A DNA stretch of 64,000 nucleotides from Neoconidiobolus thromboides FSU 785 (taxonomy: Eukaryota > Fungi > Entomophthoromycota), in contig MU626338.1 of the NCBI GenBank assembly GCA_025603075.1, forward strand, positions 27,271-91,270, written 5' to 3'. The translations under genes were made by a program, and so were the position numbers. The notes beneath the pieces were generated by a model. It ran no database searches. It was not told where the DNA came from and saw nothing but the letters and a program-made list of their open reading frames with translations. Numbering within the stretch: the first letter of the stretch is position 1; every line of letters begins with the position of its first letter. This document shows positions 24,350-36,755 of the stretch, one piece after another.

Positions 24350-27300
24350 ATGTTAATTGAACATCTGGCTACTAATTACACAAAGTTGAGCCACTACGTA
24401 GCGAAGGAGGTAGAGAAGTTATATGGTTGGCGCAACTTGGTTAGCAATGTAAACTCAAAGATAATTTTACATTGTTTAAATACCGATGCTCTTTGGGATC
24501 AACTAGTGAACTACACCAATAATGACAAAGCAAAAGGATTTACAATAAAAGCAGAAATACATTGTAACGACAGTAAACTAATAAAGCCAAACATAAATGG
24601 GACAAACGAAAATTCATATGGAGGTCATGGTTATAAAGGAAATTTTATAGTAGAATCAAAGATACTAAATTTGGATGAGCAACTTTTAGAAACATCACTT
24701 AAAATACGTCACATCGTGAATGAGAAAGTTCTTCCTCATATAATGAAATCGGAATTTGGATCCTCCTGTGGAAAGGTAATTGATTTTACTCCTTATTTTT
24801 TAAATGAAAGCATCAAATCTATTTCAAGTTTGGATATCAATAGCCAACTAAGGAATAAAATTTCTGATGACTATGATTGCGATTCAGATGCTGAGGATTC
24901 ACAACCAATTGTTAAGAATGATTCTATTATTTTATGCCTTGTGGACGAGATTTCTAAATTAAATTTTAATTTTGAAGAAGAATTAAACATAAACGAAATT
25001 GAATCTGAGGATATTTATCATGACATAATTTACGATAGGGATGTATTAAATGAAGTATATGACATTTTTTCACTAAAAGAGACAATTTTTCAAAAAGACT
25101 CAGAATTGAAAGAATTAAAACAAAGACTGGACAAACTCAATCAAGTAGAATCTCCAGTAGAATCAGAAGATGAAGATGAAAAGACTGAAGATGAAAATAA
25201 TCAACATCAATCGCCTATCTTTAATTGCGATAGAGGACCATTAAAATTTTTAATGAATTTGATTGATAGAACCCAAAATAAATTAAGCTCTTCAAAGAGT
25301 GAAATAAGGTCATTAGTAGGCGAGATGAACGGAGATGATGGTAGTAACTTTATAGCTCGTAACCATAAGACGGAGCTTTATGTAGCATTAGAAATGATAG
25401 TTCAAAATTTAATCGATTTTAAGGAACATAGCTTTCCATTTTTAAATCCAGTTCAGCGAAAGAATGCACCTGATTATCATAGAGTTATCTCAAATCCTAT
25501 GGATTTATCCACATTATCTAGAAGAGTAAAAGCAAGAAAATATCAAACTCAGCAGGACTTTGAAAAGGATCTTTTTTTGATTTATTCTAATTGCAGGAAA
25601 TATAATACAGCTGAAGGTAATGAATACATAAAGCATGCGGACGCAATGGAGGATCATTCAAAAAGTTTATTAAAATCCATCCCTGAAGATTTCAATAAAC
25701 CATTTCCTATTCAAAATGGTAGAAGAGCAAGCTTTACTCCAATTAATATGAACTCAAAAAGGTCAAGTTCTACTTTAGACGCTATTGGTGAAATTGAAGA
25801 AAGACATGCTAATTCGTTACTTGATAGATCGCAGAAAGCTTCTACTGAATATAGGGCAAAGGAAAGCATAAATTTGAGGAATAAAATTAATGAAGTTTCA
25901 AATGAAATTACGAAACTTAATGAAAAATTAACTTCATTGAAATTTAAAGTTGGCCTTGATCAAGACCCAAGACTGAAAAAATGGTTAAGCATTACAAGAG
26001 ATGCAAGAGCGAACAATAGGCTGATGGGCTTTGCTTTAACTGAGAAAAAATTTGATGACTGCCCTATGATCATACAAGGCTCGTCTAATAATCTACTTCC
26101 AGAAATACTGTATAATGATTTAGAAAGAAATACGGAAACTGACACGAGCTTGACTTTTTCTAAAGCAGGTTTTAACCATTTACCGTCTAATGGAGTCAAT
26201 GGCATCCGAAAACTCAAAGCGCCCAGCTCTAGTAAAGTTGGTGAAAAAATCGATGTGTACAAAGTATATCCTGAGTTAAATATGTCAGCAACAGTTCCAA
26301 GAATAAGCAACCTGAATGATTCATCTAAATTATTTGATGAAGATTATATCGATCAGATAGAAAGGAATCAACCAAATCTCGCAGAATATAAGGAGGCTTT
26401 GATTCCAGATAGTCATTTTTCACGAGTATTTATGAATAGTATTGCTGAGTTGAAATGCACCCAAGAAATGAATGATAAAATAGGCACAGCTGAAGAATTT
26501 TTAGGAGATGACCTGGCTGGAAGTCATAATGCAGAAGCGCTTAGATCAACAATTCACTATTTAAGTACAGAATCCAAGCCAAATGTAGCGCCATTTTTAA
26601 AATTACTGTCAGATAAGGGTAAATTATTAAATTCTCCTATTGTGGATAATAATGCGGCTAATGAGATGTGCATTCGCTCAACTTCATTACTATTACAAAA
26701 TGCAGGGTTTGAATCTTGTCAAGATCATTCTCTAAAAATATTGGCACAAATTATGGGTGAATATATTGAGAAGCTTGGAAAAACAATGCGTATATACATG
26801 GACCTATATGGAAATGAAATGACAGCAGAAGAAATGTTACTGCATACATTATATGAAAATAAGGTTTCAAGCATTGAAGATATTAGTGATTATTTAGAAA
26901 TGGGTCTCGAAAGGCAATGTGAGAAATTTAGAGAAGCACAACAAAAGTTGAAAGATCATTTTAATACATTAATTTCAAGACCTAGTGGAAGCGGTATTAA
27001 TGAGGAAGGAGAATTTGATTTTGATAAAGGTCTTGACACTTTTATGGCAGGTAACTTTGAAGACGTTACTGGAGATGACTTTTTTGGATTCAAAGAACTT
27101 GGTCTGGACAGAGAATTGGGGCTTGACACACTTTCAGTTCCAGCCCGTCTTTTGTTAGGGCATAAAAGGCAGACATTCGCACATATTATGAATGGAATGG
27201 AAGATTCCATACCGCCAGACTATACCCCACCACCTGCTTATTCCCCAATTACACAATCCACAGAGGTTATAGGGCTCCTCAAAGAATATTTTGATCAAAG

Positions 27301-28078
27301 GTTAAATGATGCCCCGGACGGAGTAATTGAAGATGATAGTTTTCCACCACGCAAATCAATTAAACCTAAAGTTCCACCCGTTGGCAAACAGATAATCATT
27401 CTACGTAGAAAAATGGTTGAACATGAAGCACAAGTTGCTGCTAAAAGAGAAAAGAAGGAAAAAGAGAACGAGGAACGTAATAAGCGTAAGAAAATAAGAG
27501 AAGAAGAGCTGGAAAATAAGCGAAGGATTCGCAAGGCTGAGCGGTTGGCCAAAGCACAAGCAAAGGAAGAAGAGAGAGCAAAAAGAAGGACAGCCAAGGC
27601 TGCTATTGCTGAAGCAAGAAAGGCGGAGCTTGAACAAAAGCGAATTAATTCTCGCAAGACAAATGCTAATTATACTTCCCCAACTCCCACGACTCCTCAA
27701 AAGGAAGTTGATGAAGATAATGATTCTTTGTTTGGCTCATCACCAAGAAGTAAGTCCACATCACCGAGTCCAACCCCATCTCCGAATTATACATCGCCTG
27801 CAATTTCGAGTACATCTTCTGATGATGATGAAAAAGTTGGGATGTCAAGTAGGAATAAATTAATGCGAAAAAATAGCCCTGGGTACAATATTGGTGTCAA
27901 CAGCAAGAAGGTTAGATTTAGCCATTCAAACTCTCAAGGCCAACAGCCAAATGGACGCAGTGATTCAGCAACTATCAGCTCCACTTCAGAGGATTCAGAT
28001 AGCGACTTGTTTAATCCAAACTTGAAAAGAAGCTCCAACTCACGCAGTCGAAATTTTCATAATAGAGAAAGGGCATAA
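24350..28078 (+). CDS. SPT7: SAGA subunit Spt7 (bromodomain plus histone fold), single exon
   Basis: ELYVALEMIV...HSFPFLNPVQRKNAPDYHRVISNPMDL...LIYSNCRKYN, then LLQNAGFESCQ...EEMLLHTLYENKV and DFFGFKELGLDRELGL. Confidence 0.92.
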   Translation: MLIEHLATNYTKLSHYVAKEVEKLYGWRNLVSNVNSKIILHCLNTDALWDQLVNYTNNDKAKGFTIKAEIHCNDSKLIKPNINGTNENSYGGHGYKGNFIVESKILNLDEQLLETSLKIRHIVNEKVLPHIMKSEFGSSCGKVIDFTPYFLNESIKSISSLDINSQLRNKISDDYDCDSDAEDSQPIVKNDSIILCLVDEISKLNFNFEEELNINEIESEDIYHDIIYDRDVLNEVYDIFSLKETIFQKDSELKELKQRLDKLNQVESPVESEDEDEKTEDENNQHQSPIFNCDRGPLKFLMNLIDRTQNKLSSSKSEIRSLVGEMNGDDGSNFIARNHKTELYVALEMIVQNLIDFKEHSFPFLNPVQRKNAPDYHRVISNPMDLSTLSRRVKARKYQTQQDFEKDLFLIYSNCRKYNTAEGNEYIKHADAMEDHSKSLLKSIPEDFNKPFPIQNGRRASFTPINMNSKRSSSTLDAIGEIEERHANSLLDRSQKASTEYRAKESINLRNKINEVSNEITKLNEKLTSLKFKVGLDQDPRLKKWLSITRDARANNRLMGFALTEKKFDDCPMIIQGSSNNLLPEILYNDLERNTETDTSLTFSKAGFNHLPSNGVNGIRKLKAPSSSKVGEKIDVYKVYPELNMSATVPRISNLNDSSKLFDEDYIDQIERNQPNLAEYKEALIPDSHFSRVFMNSIAELKCTQEMNDKIGTAEEFLGDDLAGSHNAEALRSTIHYLSTESKPNVAPFLKLLSDKGKLLNSPIVDNNAANEMCIRSTSLLLQNAGFESCQDHSLKILAQIMGEYIEKLGKTMRIYMDLYGNEMTAEEMLLHTLYENKVSSIEDISDYLEMGLERQCEKFREAQQKLKDHFNTLISRPSGSGINEEGEFDFDKGLDTFMAGNFEDVTGDDFFGFKELGLDRELGLDTLSVPARLLLGHKRQTFAHIMNGMEDSIPPDYTPPPAYSPITQSTEVIGLLKEYFDQRLNDAPDGVIEDDSFPPRKSIKPKVPPVGKQIIILRRKMVEHEAQVAAKREKKEKENEERNKRKKIREEELENKRRIRKAERLAKAQAKEEERAKRRTAKAAIAEARKAELEQKRINSRKTNANYTSPTPTTPQKEVDEDNDSLFGSSPRSKSTSPSPTPSPNYTSPAISSTSSDDDEKVGMSSRNKLMRKNSPGYNIGVNSKKVRFSHSNSQGQQPNGRSDSATISSTSEDSDSDLFNPNLKRSSNSRSRNFHNRERA

Positions 28079-28717
28079 GATAAGGATAATATGCTAAAGT
28101 ATAATTAATTTTTTCTAGAAATATTATTGAATTATTAGCGTGATCTATAAAACAATTAAAAAGAATACAAGTTTGTGAGTTATTGGTTAATTAAAGTTAT
28201 TTTAAAATTAATTTGAAGATTTACTGCGATATTTTATATTTTGGTTGTTCAGTTTGTTTTGAAATTTACATCGGAAGCCAAAGTAATCATACTATATATG
28301 CTTGTTTTTATAGATGATCTCTTGTACTTTTAGGTTTTAGCTTTTTATTTAATTGGTATTTAATATTCATCATAGTTTATTTTACAGACTATGATAGCAA
28401 GGTGAAGTTTATTAATAGTATGGTGGTAGTTTATTAAAATTAATATTTCCTTAAGCTTAAATATTCAAAAATTAATACTTAATAAACATAAAATAAATTA
28501 ACATCAATGCTTTATTTTTGGTGTAATATTAGAACTTTGATTCATATTAATATATCAGTTTTTTAAAAACACATATTTGTATATTCTTTCATTATCACAA
28601 AAAAATGATTAGAATATACAAAATTTAAAGCATACATTATAATATAAAAATATAGCAATTTACGCAGCAACCTTAAAGATTTCAATATTTCCAAAAGTTT
28701 GAAAGCTTGTCTTAAAA

Positions 28718-30065
28718 ATGAATGTAATCAAGTTATACTATTTTGTCATATTAATTAGTTAATAAATATCTTTAGGACATACCAGTCTGCTACTACGATT
28801 TGTTAGAAGTAAATAACGATGCAAGTGATAAAGAAATTAAGATAGCATATAGAAAACAAGCCTTAGTTTGGCATCCAGATAAAAACCCAACTAGAAACGA
28901 AGAAGCTACATTTCGATTTTCAAAGGTTCAACACGCTTACCAGGTTTTGTCGGATCCTCAAGAAAGAGCTTGGTATGATGAGAATCGAGATTCTATTTTA
29001 TTTGGTGATGGAAGCTCATCTAATAATGATATAGGAGTAGCTGAACTAATGCATTATTTCTCTTGTTTATATGTTGATTACTCTGATAAGCCTACTGGAT
29101 TCTACACAGTTCACAGAATGTTATTTGAAAAACTTACCAAAAACGAAGGTAATGAAGAGATTAAAGCTGTTCCTAGCTTTGGTGATTCAATTACTCCTTA
29201 TAGCGAAATCAAAAAGTTTTATAATTTTTGGGAAAACTTTTCAACAGATTTAGAATTTACTTGGTATGAAGAGTATAATGCATCACAAGGGCCAGATAGA
29301 AAGGCGCGAAGATACATGGAAAAAGAGAACAAGAAACTAAGGGACAATGCTAAAAAAGAATATAACTCAACTGTGAGGAATTTGGTTTTATTTATAATGA
29401 AAAGGGATCCAAGAGTTAAGGAGTATTTAGACAATAAAAAGAAAGAAAAAGAAAAAAAAGAGAATGAAAAAAAGGAAAAGATAAAGGATCAAAAACAAAA
29501 AGTAATGCAAAGTAAGTTGAACTCAGAATATGTAACCCAGGATTGGAGTGAGTTGAATCGTGAAGATGAAGAGGAGTTAAAGCTACTTGAAGAGGAATGG
29601 AGGATCAATGATTCTTTAGTGAATTCCAAAAAAGAAGAAATTATCGAAGATTTATATTGTATTGCTTGTAACAAGGACTTTAATTCGGTAAAACAGTTTG
29701 AAGCTCATAAATTAACTAAAATCCATATAAAAATGATTGAAAAGATCAAAGTTGAAATGATGAATGATGAAATGCTTTTTGATAGTATTAACGATGTCAA
29801 AAGCCAAATTAAAGATCAAGGTTTTTATTATACAGATTCTATAGATCATACAATAGAAGGGTTAGATAATCTTAGTTTGAATTCAAAAGCCAAAAAGAAT
29901 GGCAAAAAGAAGAATAAAAAGAAAGACCAGTTTAGTTATGACGAGATAGACATCATTGAAAGTGGCGAGTTATATACAAACGAAAATAGTTTAGAGTCAA
30001 AGAAAAAGAACCAAAATTTAAAAAGTTCTTTTTCTTTCGATTTACTTGAGAATGAGAATGAATGA
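28718..30065 (+). CDS. JJJ1: J-domain protein Jjj1/DNAJC21-like
   Basis: The first exon (ATG AAT) splices to DIPVCYYDLLEV. The J-domain has WHPDKN, followed by FYNFWENFST, RRYMEKENKKLRD and the zinc finger YCIACNKDFNS...H...H. Confidence 0.85.
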
Positions 30066-30918
30066 TAGTATACCTCACATAATTTGATGTTTTTTTTGCA
30101 AGAAAATACGGCTAACTTGATTTTATAGTATATTCTTTCATTAATGATAATTGTTGAGTAATTCCAACTCATAGATAGGCGTGACTAGGCTTATAATTTA
30201 TAGATTAAAACTTCATTTCTAAAATAAGTCAATATCCAAGATTTAGATGTTTTTTTGTTGAATTAACTTATTATCTTACAAGTATATATTCTTTTTTACT
30301 ATTAAATACCGCATTTAATAAAACATAAACTAAAGGTACTATAATTATATTTATTTTATTAAGTTGTTTATTTTACTTTCCAAATGCCAATAACTATATA
30401 AATTTTATTGAATCTGATGTTTGAACATCGTTTTGTTTACAACATAATATAATCTACATTTATCTTGACAATGTTATATAATTCTGGTAAAAATTAAAAA
30501 ATCAAATTTGCTTATTTGGATTTTTTCAATGTTGTTTTAGCTACTTCAAACGTATATCTTAAGAGCCAACTTTTTTACTACAATATATTCTAAAGAAAAA
30601 ACTATTGAGCGTACTTTATTTTCATTCCGACACAACGCATATTATCTTTAGGTAAACTTGAATATTTATTTCTGATACACACATTTAAATACCATCAGAA
30701 CTATGTTTCAGGATAAATATCCCCTACTAAACCATATAAAATTTTATTTTTTATAATAATTTCTCCTATTTCAAATTCTTTATGACTTAATTGGAGAATT
30801 TGGGGGCTGAATAGTGATTGGTTAATATCATTGTTACGTTCAACTTTCGATGTTAATTTGCTAAAATAAGGAGCACGTCTTTAAGCCAGAAAATTTTGTT
30901 TATAAATTTATTTACAAA

Positions 30919-32783
30919 ATGTCTACAAACCGCCCCAGTTCAAGGCATAGTAATAAAAACTCAACTGTTAGCTCAAAAGGTGATGACAATTTATCGAATG
31001 CTAGACAAAGGCAAACAAAACGTGATGAGGTAATAATTTTTAATTTATATTTTGTTCATAGTTTTACTTTTAGGCTATCCGCCGTAAAGCTGAGACCGAC
31101 TTAAAAAAGAAGAGGAACCCTAACCATTCAACAAGTCAAAGGCACAGTAAACGTGTACCGGGAACTGTGTCCGCATTGAGGCCTTCTCCTGCTCTTACTG
31201 TTAATAGTACAATTAAGGTTACCGAAGCCTCTCAAATGATGGCTGCAAAAAGAGCGGACTGTGTACTTGTAGTGGATGAAGATGAGCATTTAGCAGGTAT
31301 CTTTACTGCTAAAGATTTAGCTTACAGAGTTGTTGCTGAAGGTCTTGACGCAAGAACAACTACTGTTGCTAATATCATGACACCCAATCCGCTCTGTGTA
31401 ACTTCTGATGCTAGTGCCACAGATGCTTTAAATACAATGGTTCAAAGGGGATTCCGCCATCTTCCAGTATGTAATGAAGAGGGCGATATTGTTGGACTTT
31501 TAGATATTACAAAATGTCTTTATGATGCGCTTGACAAAATGGATCGTGCTTATGGGTCAAGTCGTAAGTTATATGACGCTCTTGAAGGTGTAGAAAAAGA
31601 ATGGGCAATGCAAGCACCTCAATTTTTACAACTTATGGGCTCTTTAAAAGATCAGATCAATTGCCCTGATGTTACTACCGTTTTAGATGGAACTCTTCCA
31701 GCAGATATCTCGCCAAAAACTTCAGTTAGAGAAGCCGCAAAGGCTATGAAAGCCATCCGTACAACTGCGGTTTTAGTAACCGAAAATGATTCGATTACCG
31801 GTATTTTCACTAGTAAAGATATAGTATTGCGTGTCATTGCTGCTCAATTAGATCCATCTAACTGTAGCGTTGTAAGGGTTATGACCCCCCACCCTGATAC
31901 TGCTTTGCCAGATACCACCATCCTTGACGCATTAAAAAGAATGCATAATGGGCACTATTTAAATCTTCCAATTGTTGATGAATTCAAGCAAGTAGTTGGT
32001 ATGGTAGATGTTTTAAAATTAACTTATGCTACCCTTGAACAAATAAATAACCTTCAAGGTCAAGAAGGGGATGGATCTGGTCCAATGTGGAGTAAGTTTT
32101 GGAGTACTGCATTGGCCGGCGAGGATGAATCTACTATATCAGATTCAATGACATCTAACCAACAAACTCAAGGAGCCAGTGAAGTGTATCCACATGAGTC
32201 AGTATCTGCCATTGATGAAGATCCAACTTTAGCTGAAAATGCTAGCAAAACATTCGTATTTAAGTTTAAAGCACCTTCTGGTAAAGTATATCGTATCAAT
32301 GCTTTAGACAATAATTTCCAACAATTGAGAGATAATATTGTTGGTAAATTGATTGAAGAATCGCCTGAAACTGAGCCTAGTGCTATCCCACCAATTTGCT
32401 ATGCTGACGATGAAGGAGATCTTGTTTTGCTCCTTCACGATGACGACTTAAAGGATGCTGTACAACTTGCTCGCCAAAATGGATGGCAAAGAATTATTTT
32501 ATCTTTAGCTGAAAACCCAGAAATACCTAAAGATGAAACAATTGAAAAATCAACTCATGAGTCCGAAGTTTCTCGTAAGGCAACCCAAACTCCTGTTATA
32601 TCAGAACCAATTGAAGAACCAGCTAAGGTACAAGCCAAAGTAGCTACAGAAGAGAAGGCAGTAGTACCTCAAAAAACTGAACCTTTAATTCCAGAAAATT
32701 TAGTAATCCCAGTGGCTGTTGGTAGTGGTGTTTTGGTTGCTTTAATTGGTGTTTTCATTGTTATGAAAGCTACCTCCCGTTAA
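30919..32783 (+). CDS. CBS-domain plus PB1-domain protein with a C-terminal TM anchor (S. pombe Mug70-like), 1 intron
   Basis: Two CBS pairs (GIFTAKDLAYRVVA; GIFTSKDIVLRVIAA), PB1 (FKFKAPSGKVYR...YADDEGDLVLL...DDDL) and a terminal hydrophobic helix. Confidence 0.9.
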
Positions 32784-33128
32784 ACATTTTAGATTCTAGT
32801 ATAATATTATAGTAGTAAATGTATTTCATCTCCGAATTTATTAGAATACTTTACTTTTTTGAAAAAATGTATATTATTTAACTTGTAAAAATATTTTTAG
32901 CTGTTTGATTTTGGCTTAATAGGCACTTATGTATACTGTTTAAATGTAGTATAGTCTTAAAATGCTTAAATGATATTCTTTGTTAATATATATATGATTG
33001 AACTTCTAACATAAAAACGCTGTGAAATGAATCTGTATATATTACAATTCTATACTCAAAAGAATTCTACAAAATCAATCAATAGATAGCCTGACTATTA
33101 AAGCTTAGAGGGTTTTATTTTATAACAG

Positions 33129-34433
33129 TTACTTATCCTTATTAATATACGAATCTTGTAAATACCGAGCCAACATTTCGTCCGAGATTAAAAGGTGAGA
33201 TTTTTGCTGAGAGACTTCAGCGCCTGCCAGCCTCAAAATGTATTCAAACAAGCTTAAGGCCGAAATAGGCAGGTTCTGTTTACTTTTATATCCTGAAGAT
33301 ACAATAAGTTGATTCAAAATTTCCAACTGATTAAGTCCAGCTTTTGGTTCTTTATTCTTTATTAAAAGTTCTTCTCTTTTATCTGTTTCTGTTTTATCCT
33401 TTTTTTCATCCGTTTCTTCATCCGACTCATCATTATTATAGTTATTTATTGCTAACGCAAGCCATTGTGTATCTTTTTTATCTTTTTCTTCATTAGCCAC
33501 TTTAAGTACCAGAACTGGTTCAGTTATATCTTCGATATTTAATAGTTTGCCACTTGAGCTATAATACATACTTCTGATTTTTTCAACCAAAATACGTTTC
33601 TCCCCAGGCGTAGCATCTTCATGAACTCTACCATCATCAAAATCTTCTTCTAATACAACCTCGTAGATAATTCCATCTTGATGAAACTTTCTTTCAATCC
33701 AGCCTTGGCATAATGCATATTCTTCTTTCCAAGTAAAATCTTCTTTTCCTTTAGGCCTTGAAGATGCGGAAAATAGACTATATACAGTAAACTGGATTTC
33801 TTTCCCAACTTTGACCACTTTTAAACCGCTCTGGTTCATCTGTGCGACACACGTTAAAAGTGATGATGCTTGTAACAACCGAGATGCTGATATACCTTTA
33901 GGTAACTTCGAATTCAAGTCAACGTTTGTAATCGAAAGTACTAACTGAATATAAGAAACTGTTGAATCTAACTTCCCCACTAATTTTTTTAACTCTTTTA
34001 TTATTAGCTCTGCGTCATTATGGTTTGTATCATTTGACTTTATAGGATCAGAATTAAATTTACTATTAAACTGTTCAATATCTTGTCTCAAACTGTCCGT
34101 CATTTCAATCACTGCTTCCAACGAGCTATTTCCTCTTGAAATACCTACTTCAATCAGCTCGATAGCAGGCGAAATTATATTTAATCGAAACTCAAACTCT
34201 TTTTTTAATATCTTCAACTCGAAGCTCTCTTTTTTTGTCGATGCATCTATATATTTAGTTATTTGAGCCTAAACGGTGATTAATGTTTGAATGTTAAGTT
34301 AGCTTTTATAGAGTAAAATAATTGATTAATTTAAAGATCTTATTACCATAGCTACTTTGGTTACTAACCCGAATGCTGCTTTGCCCACTAAAGACACTGC
34401 TTGTCCCGATAGTTTGGCTAGTAGTTCATCCAT
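33129..34433 (-). CDS. RanGTP-binding protein, Yrb30-like, 1 intron
   Basis: MDELLAKLSGQAVSLVGKAAFG, LNIISPAIELIEV...RGNSSLE, VYSLFSASSR, FTWKEEYA, EDFDDGRVH and LSLFEYILRLA...EVSQQKSHL..SDE. Confidence 0.75.
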
Positions 34434-34816
34434 ATCTTTTTATGTTAAAGTAAATAAAAAATTAGTTTAGTCATTGATTTTTGTATCATTTTAAGCTTAG
34501 TTCAGAATAATTGGTTAAATTAAAGTTTACACCTATTAGTTACGTGGTAAGTAAAAAAGTAGTTTTTATAGATTATATAGTGGATAGAAAAATAGTCTGA
34601 ATGTTTATAAATCTTCTAATAATTTGATGTTTTAGAAAAAAATAAAGCAAGATGAATAAAATGTTTAAAGGATCATTCAAAGACAGGCTAAACAATTAAC
34701 TAAACATTTCAAACTTGCTCGATAATAATGATTAATACTTTTAGCATTTTTAAAAATGTATAAAAAAGATTTTTGACCTTTCTTTAAAATCTCAGTTGTT
34801 ACGTATAGCTCACTCA

Positions 34817-35140
34817 ATCACTGATGATACTAAAGACAGTATTAAATAATTATCAGAAAATTGTTGCACTTATTCACAAATTATGAAATGTCGCCCTAGT
34901 GCTACTAAGAGCACTATCAGTAGGTATAAATGTAATTAGTTTCCTAAAGTAAAACCTACCCGAAGCGGAAGGTCTTCTACGATCAATAATAATGCACACA
35001 GCTATACTAAAAGACGTATTACTTTAGGTGGGATGAAAACGGGGAAAGGTATACAAAAATATTTAGAATCTGTTAATATTAACTTGGTATACACTTCATG
35101 CTACAAAATGCTAGATTCTAAGTTTAAAACAAAAAATTGA
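34817..35140 (+). mobile_element. Decayed Tc1/mariner transposase N-terminal (HTH) fragment
   Basis: One frame reads ITDDTKDSIK*LSENCCTYSQIMKCRPSATKSTISRYKCN*FPKVKPTRSGRSSTINNNAHSYTKRRITLGGMKTGKGIQKYLESVNINLVYTSCYKMLDSKFK. It shows the Tc1 paired-like HTH and SGR linker pattern, with two in-frame stops. Confidence 0.65.
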
Positions 35141-35433
35141 GAAGAGTGATTAAAAATAAAATAAAAATGTAATAGTATTGATTAGTGTAACTTCATTAAT
35201 AGTTTATAATGACAATTAGATTACATGCCTTAGAATGGGCTTATAAATTACCGAATTGTTTTACTATTTATAAAAAACAAAATATTAGATTTAATTTGTA
35301 TGCTGAACTTATAGACTATTAATAGATAGATAATTGGAATATTTTAAATCTTAGTTAAACTATTAGTAGTTAAAACAAAAAAAATATTATTAATTATATA
35401 TAATACATACCATATATTTATCCCATTAAGCCT

Positions 35434-36443
35434 CTATATTAAATTAAATAATTTTTCGAACTGAATATCAAACTTAGCCGGTATATCATCTCCATAAATC
35501 TAAAAGAGTCAATGACCCTTAATAAATATACTAATATTACCTCTTTGATGATTGATTTTAAACTTTCAAAAGTGACTTCCGCCTTTGCTCTTGGGCCCCA
35601 ATGATATTCAAAGTTGCGCTTAAGGTATTCCTCTTGGGTTGATATCCTCGAAGGCTGAGCTTGAGCATTTTCTTCACTAATGATTACTTTTTGCCTAATT
35701 ATATAATTTTGTCTCATCAATCGAGTAATCAAGTCATCTAGTTCTTTAACAGTAAACTCTCTAAAGCTAAACATATTACGTGCCAAAGTGCCTACTTAAG
35801 TTTAGAATTGAATTTTTTTTGTTTAATATTTATTTTATTACCATGAGATATGCAATTCTTATATACAAAAATCAAACATAATAATAACACTGTTTGTCCA
35901 TCTTTTATTCTTTCGTCCATTGAAATTGGGCAGTATGGCAATCCTTCTCTTTCTTCTAAGGTTAAATTATTGACTAAAATATAGTTTTCTGAGGACTTTG
36001 GCTTTGTAATATCATCTAAATTTTACTTTAATAAGTGGTAGTTTTAATATACAAAACCTACTCTTCCTTGTACTCTTTTTTTTAGAAATTATTAAGTTTT
36101 TGGCCATTGTTTCTTTAGATTCTAACTCGATCAATTTCATACCAAAAATAGATTCCGAGATCAACTGAGCTCTTTCTATTATCGGTTTAAAATCTCTGGG
36201 ATTTTCTATCTTTACTTAAGTTAATTAATAAGCAATGTTTTAAAATAAGTATCTGCAGTAAACTACCATATTTTTTTATATCTTCTCGTTTCATTGGTAT
36301 TCCTTTCTCGGAAGTAATTAAAGCTAATCTTACTAAACTTTGTGCTTTTTCTTGAATATACTTTAAATAATTAAGTTTAGTATCATAGTTTGTTTTTATC
36401 TTGTCTTTATTACTTGTGAATCCTCACCAGCATCTGTGTTCAT
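35434..36443 (-). CDS. NSE3: Smc5/6 subunit Nse3 (MAGE domain), ~5 introns
   Basis: LVRLALITSEKGIPMKREDI, IFGMKLIEL, YILVNNL, LITRLMRQNYI and FEYHWGPRAKAEV (MAGE WGPRA signature). Confidence 0.8.
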
Positions 36444-36755
36444 TTTGCAATGTTTATAAATAAATAAAAATAGCTGAGCTTTTGATTATTTGCTTTTTAA
36501 AGTAACCAAACAAAACAAGTTGTTTAATTTATTCGTAAATTTTGTTTAAAAATAATTTAATACAAATAAGATTGAAACATAAAGCAAAATTAAAATTAAA
36601 AATAAGCAAAATTAATTTAAATCATTTTAATTTAAACTGATAAAATTTAAAAAAGTTGTTTGAACTCTATTGAATTCTCAGTATCAATATCTTTGGTAAA
36701 TTGATAAGAACTAAAATAAGCTATTAGCTAACGATAGTGAAAATAAAATAATGAA

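Noticed and set aside
25960-27863. Several long antisense or overlapping ORFs inside SPT7 (also in HMGCL, THI5, JJJ1, CBS/PB1, CLPTM1 and MAG1)
   Set aside because: These are shadow frames of biased coding sequence with no domain signal.
30066-30170. CFFCKK...H after the JJJ1 stop as a decayed second zinc finger
   Set aside because: It is in a different frame, has stops, and the spacing is off. I cannot tell it from chance.
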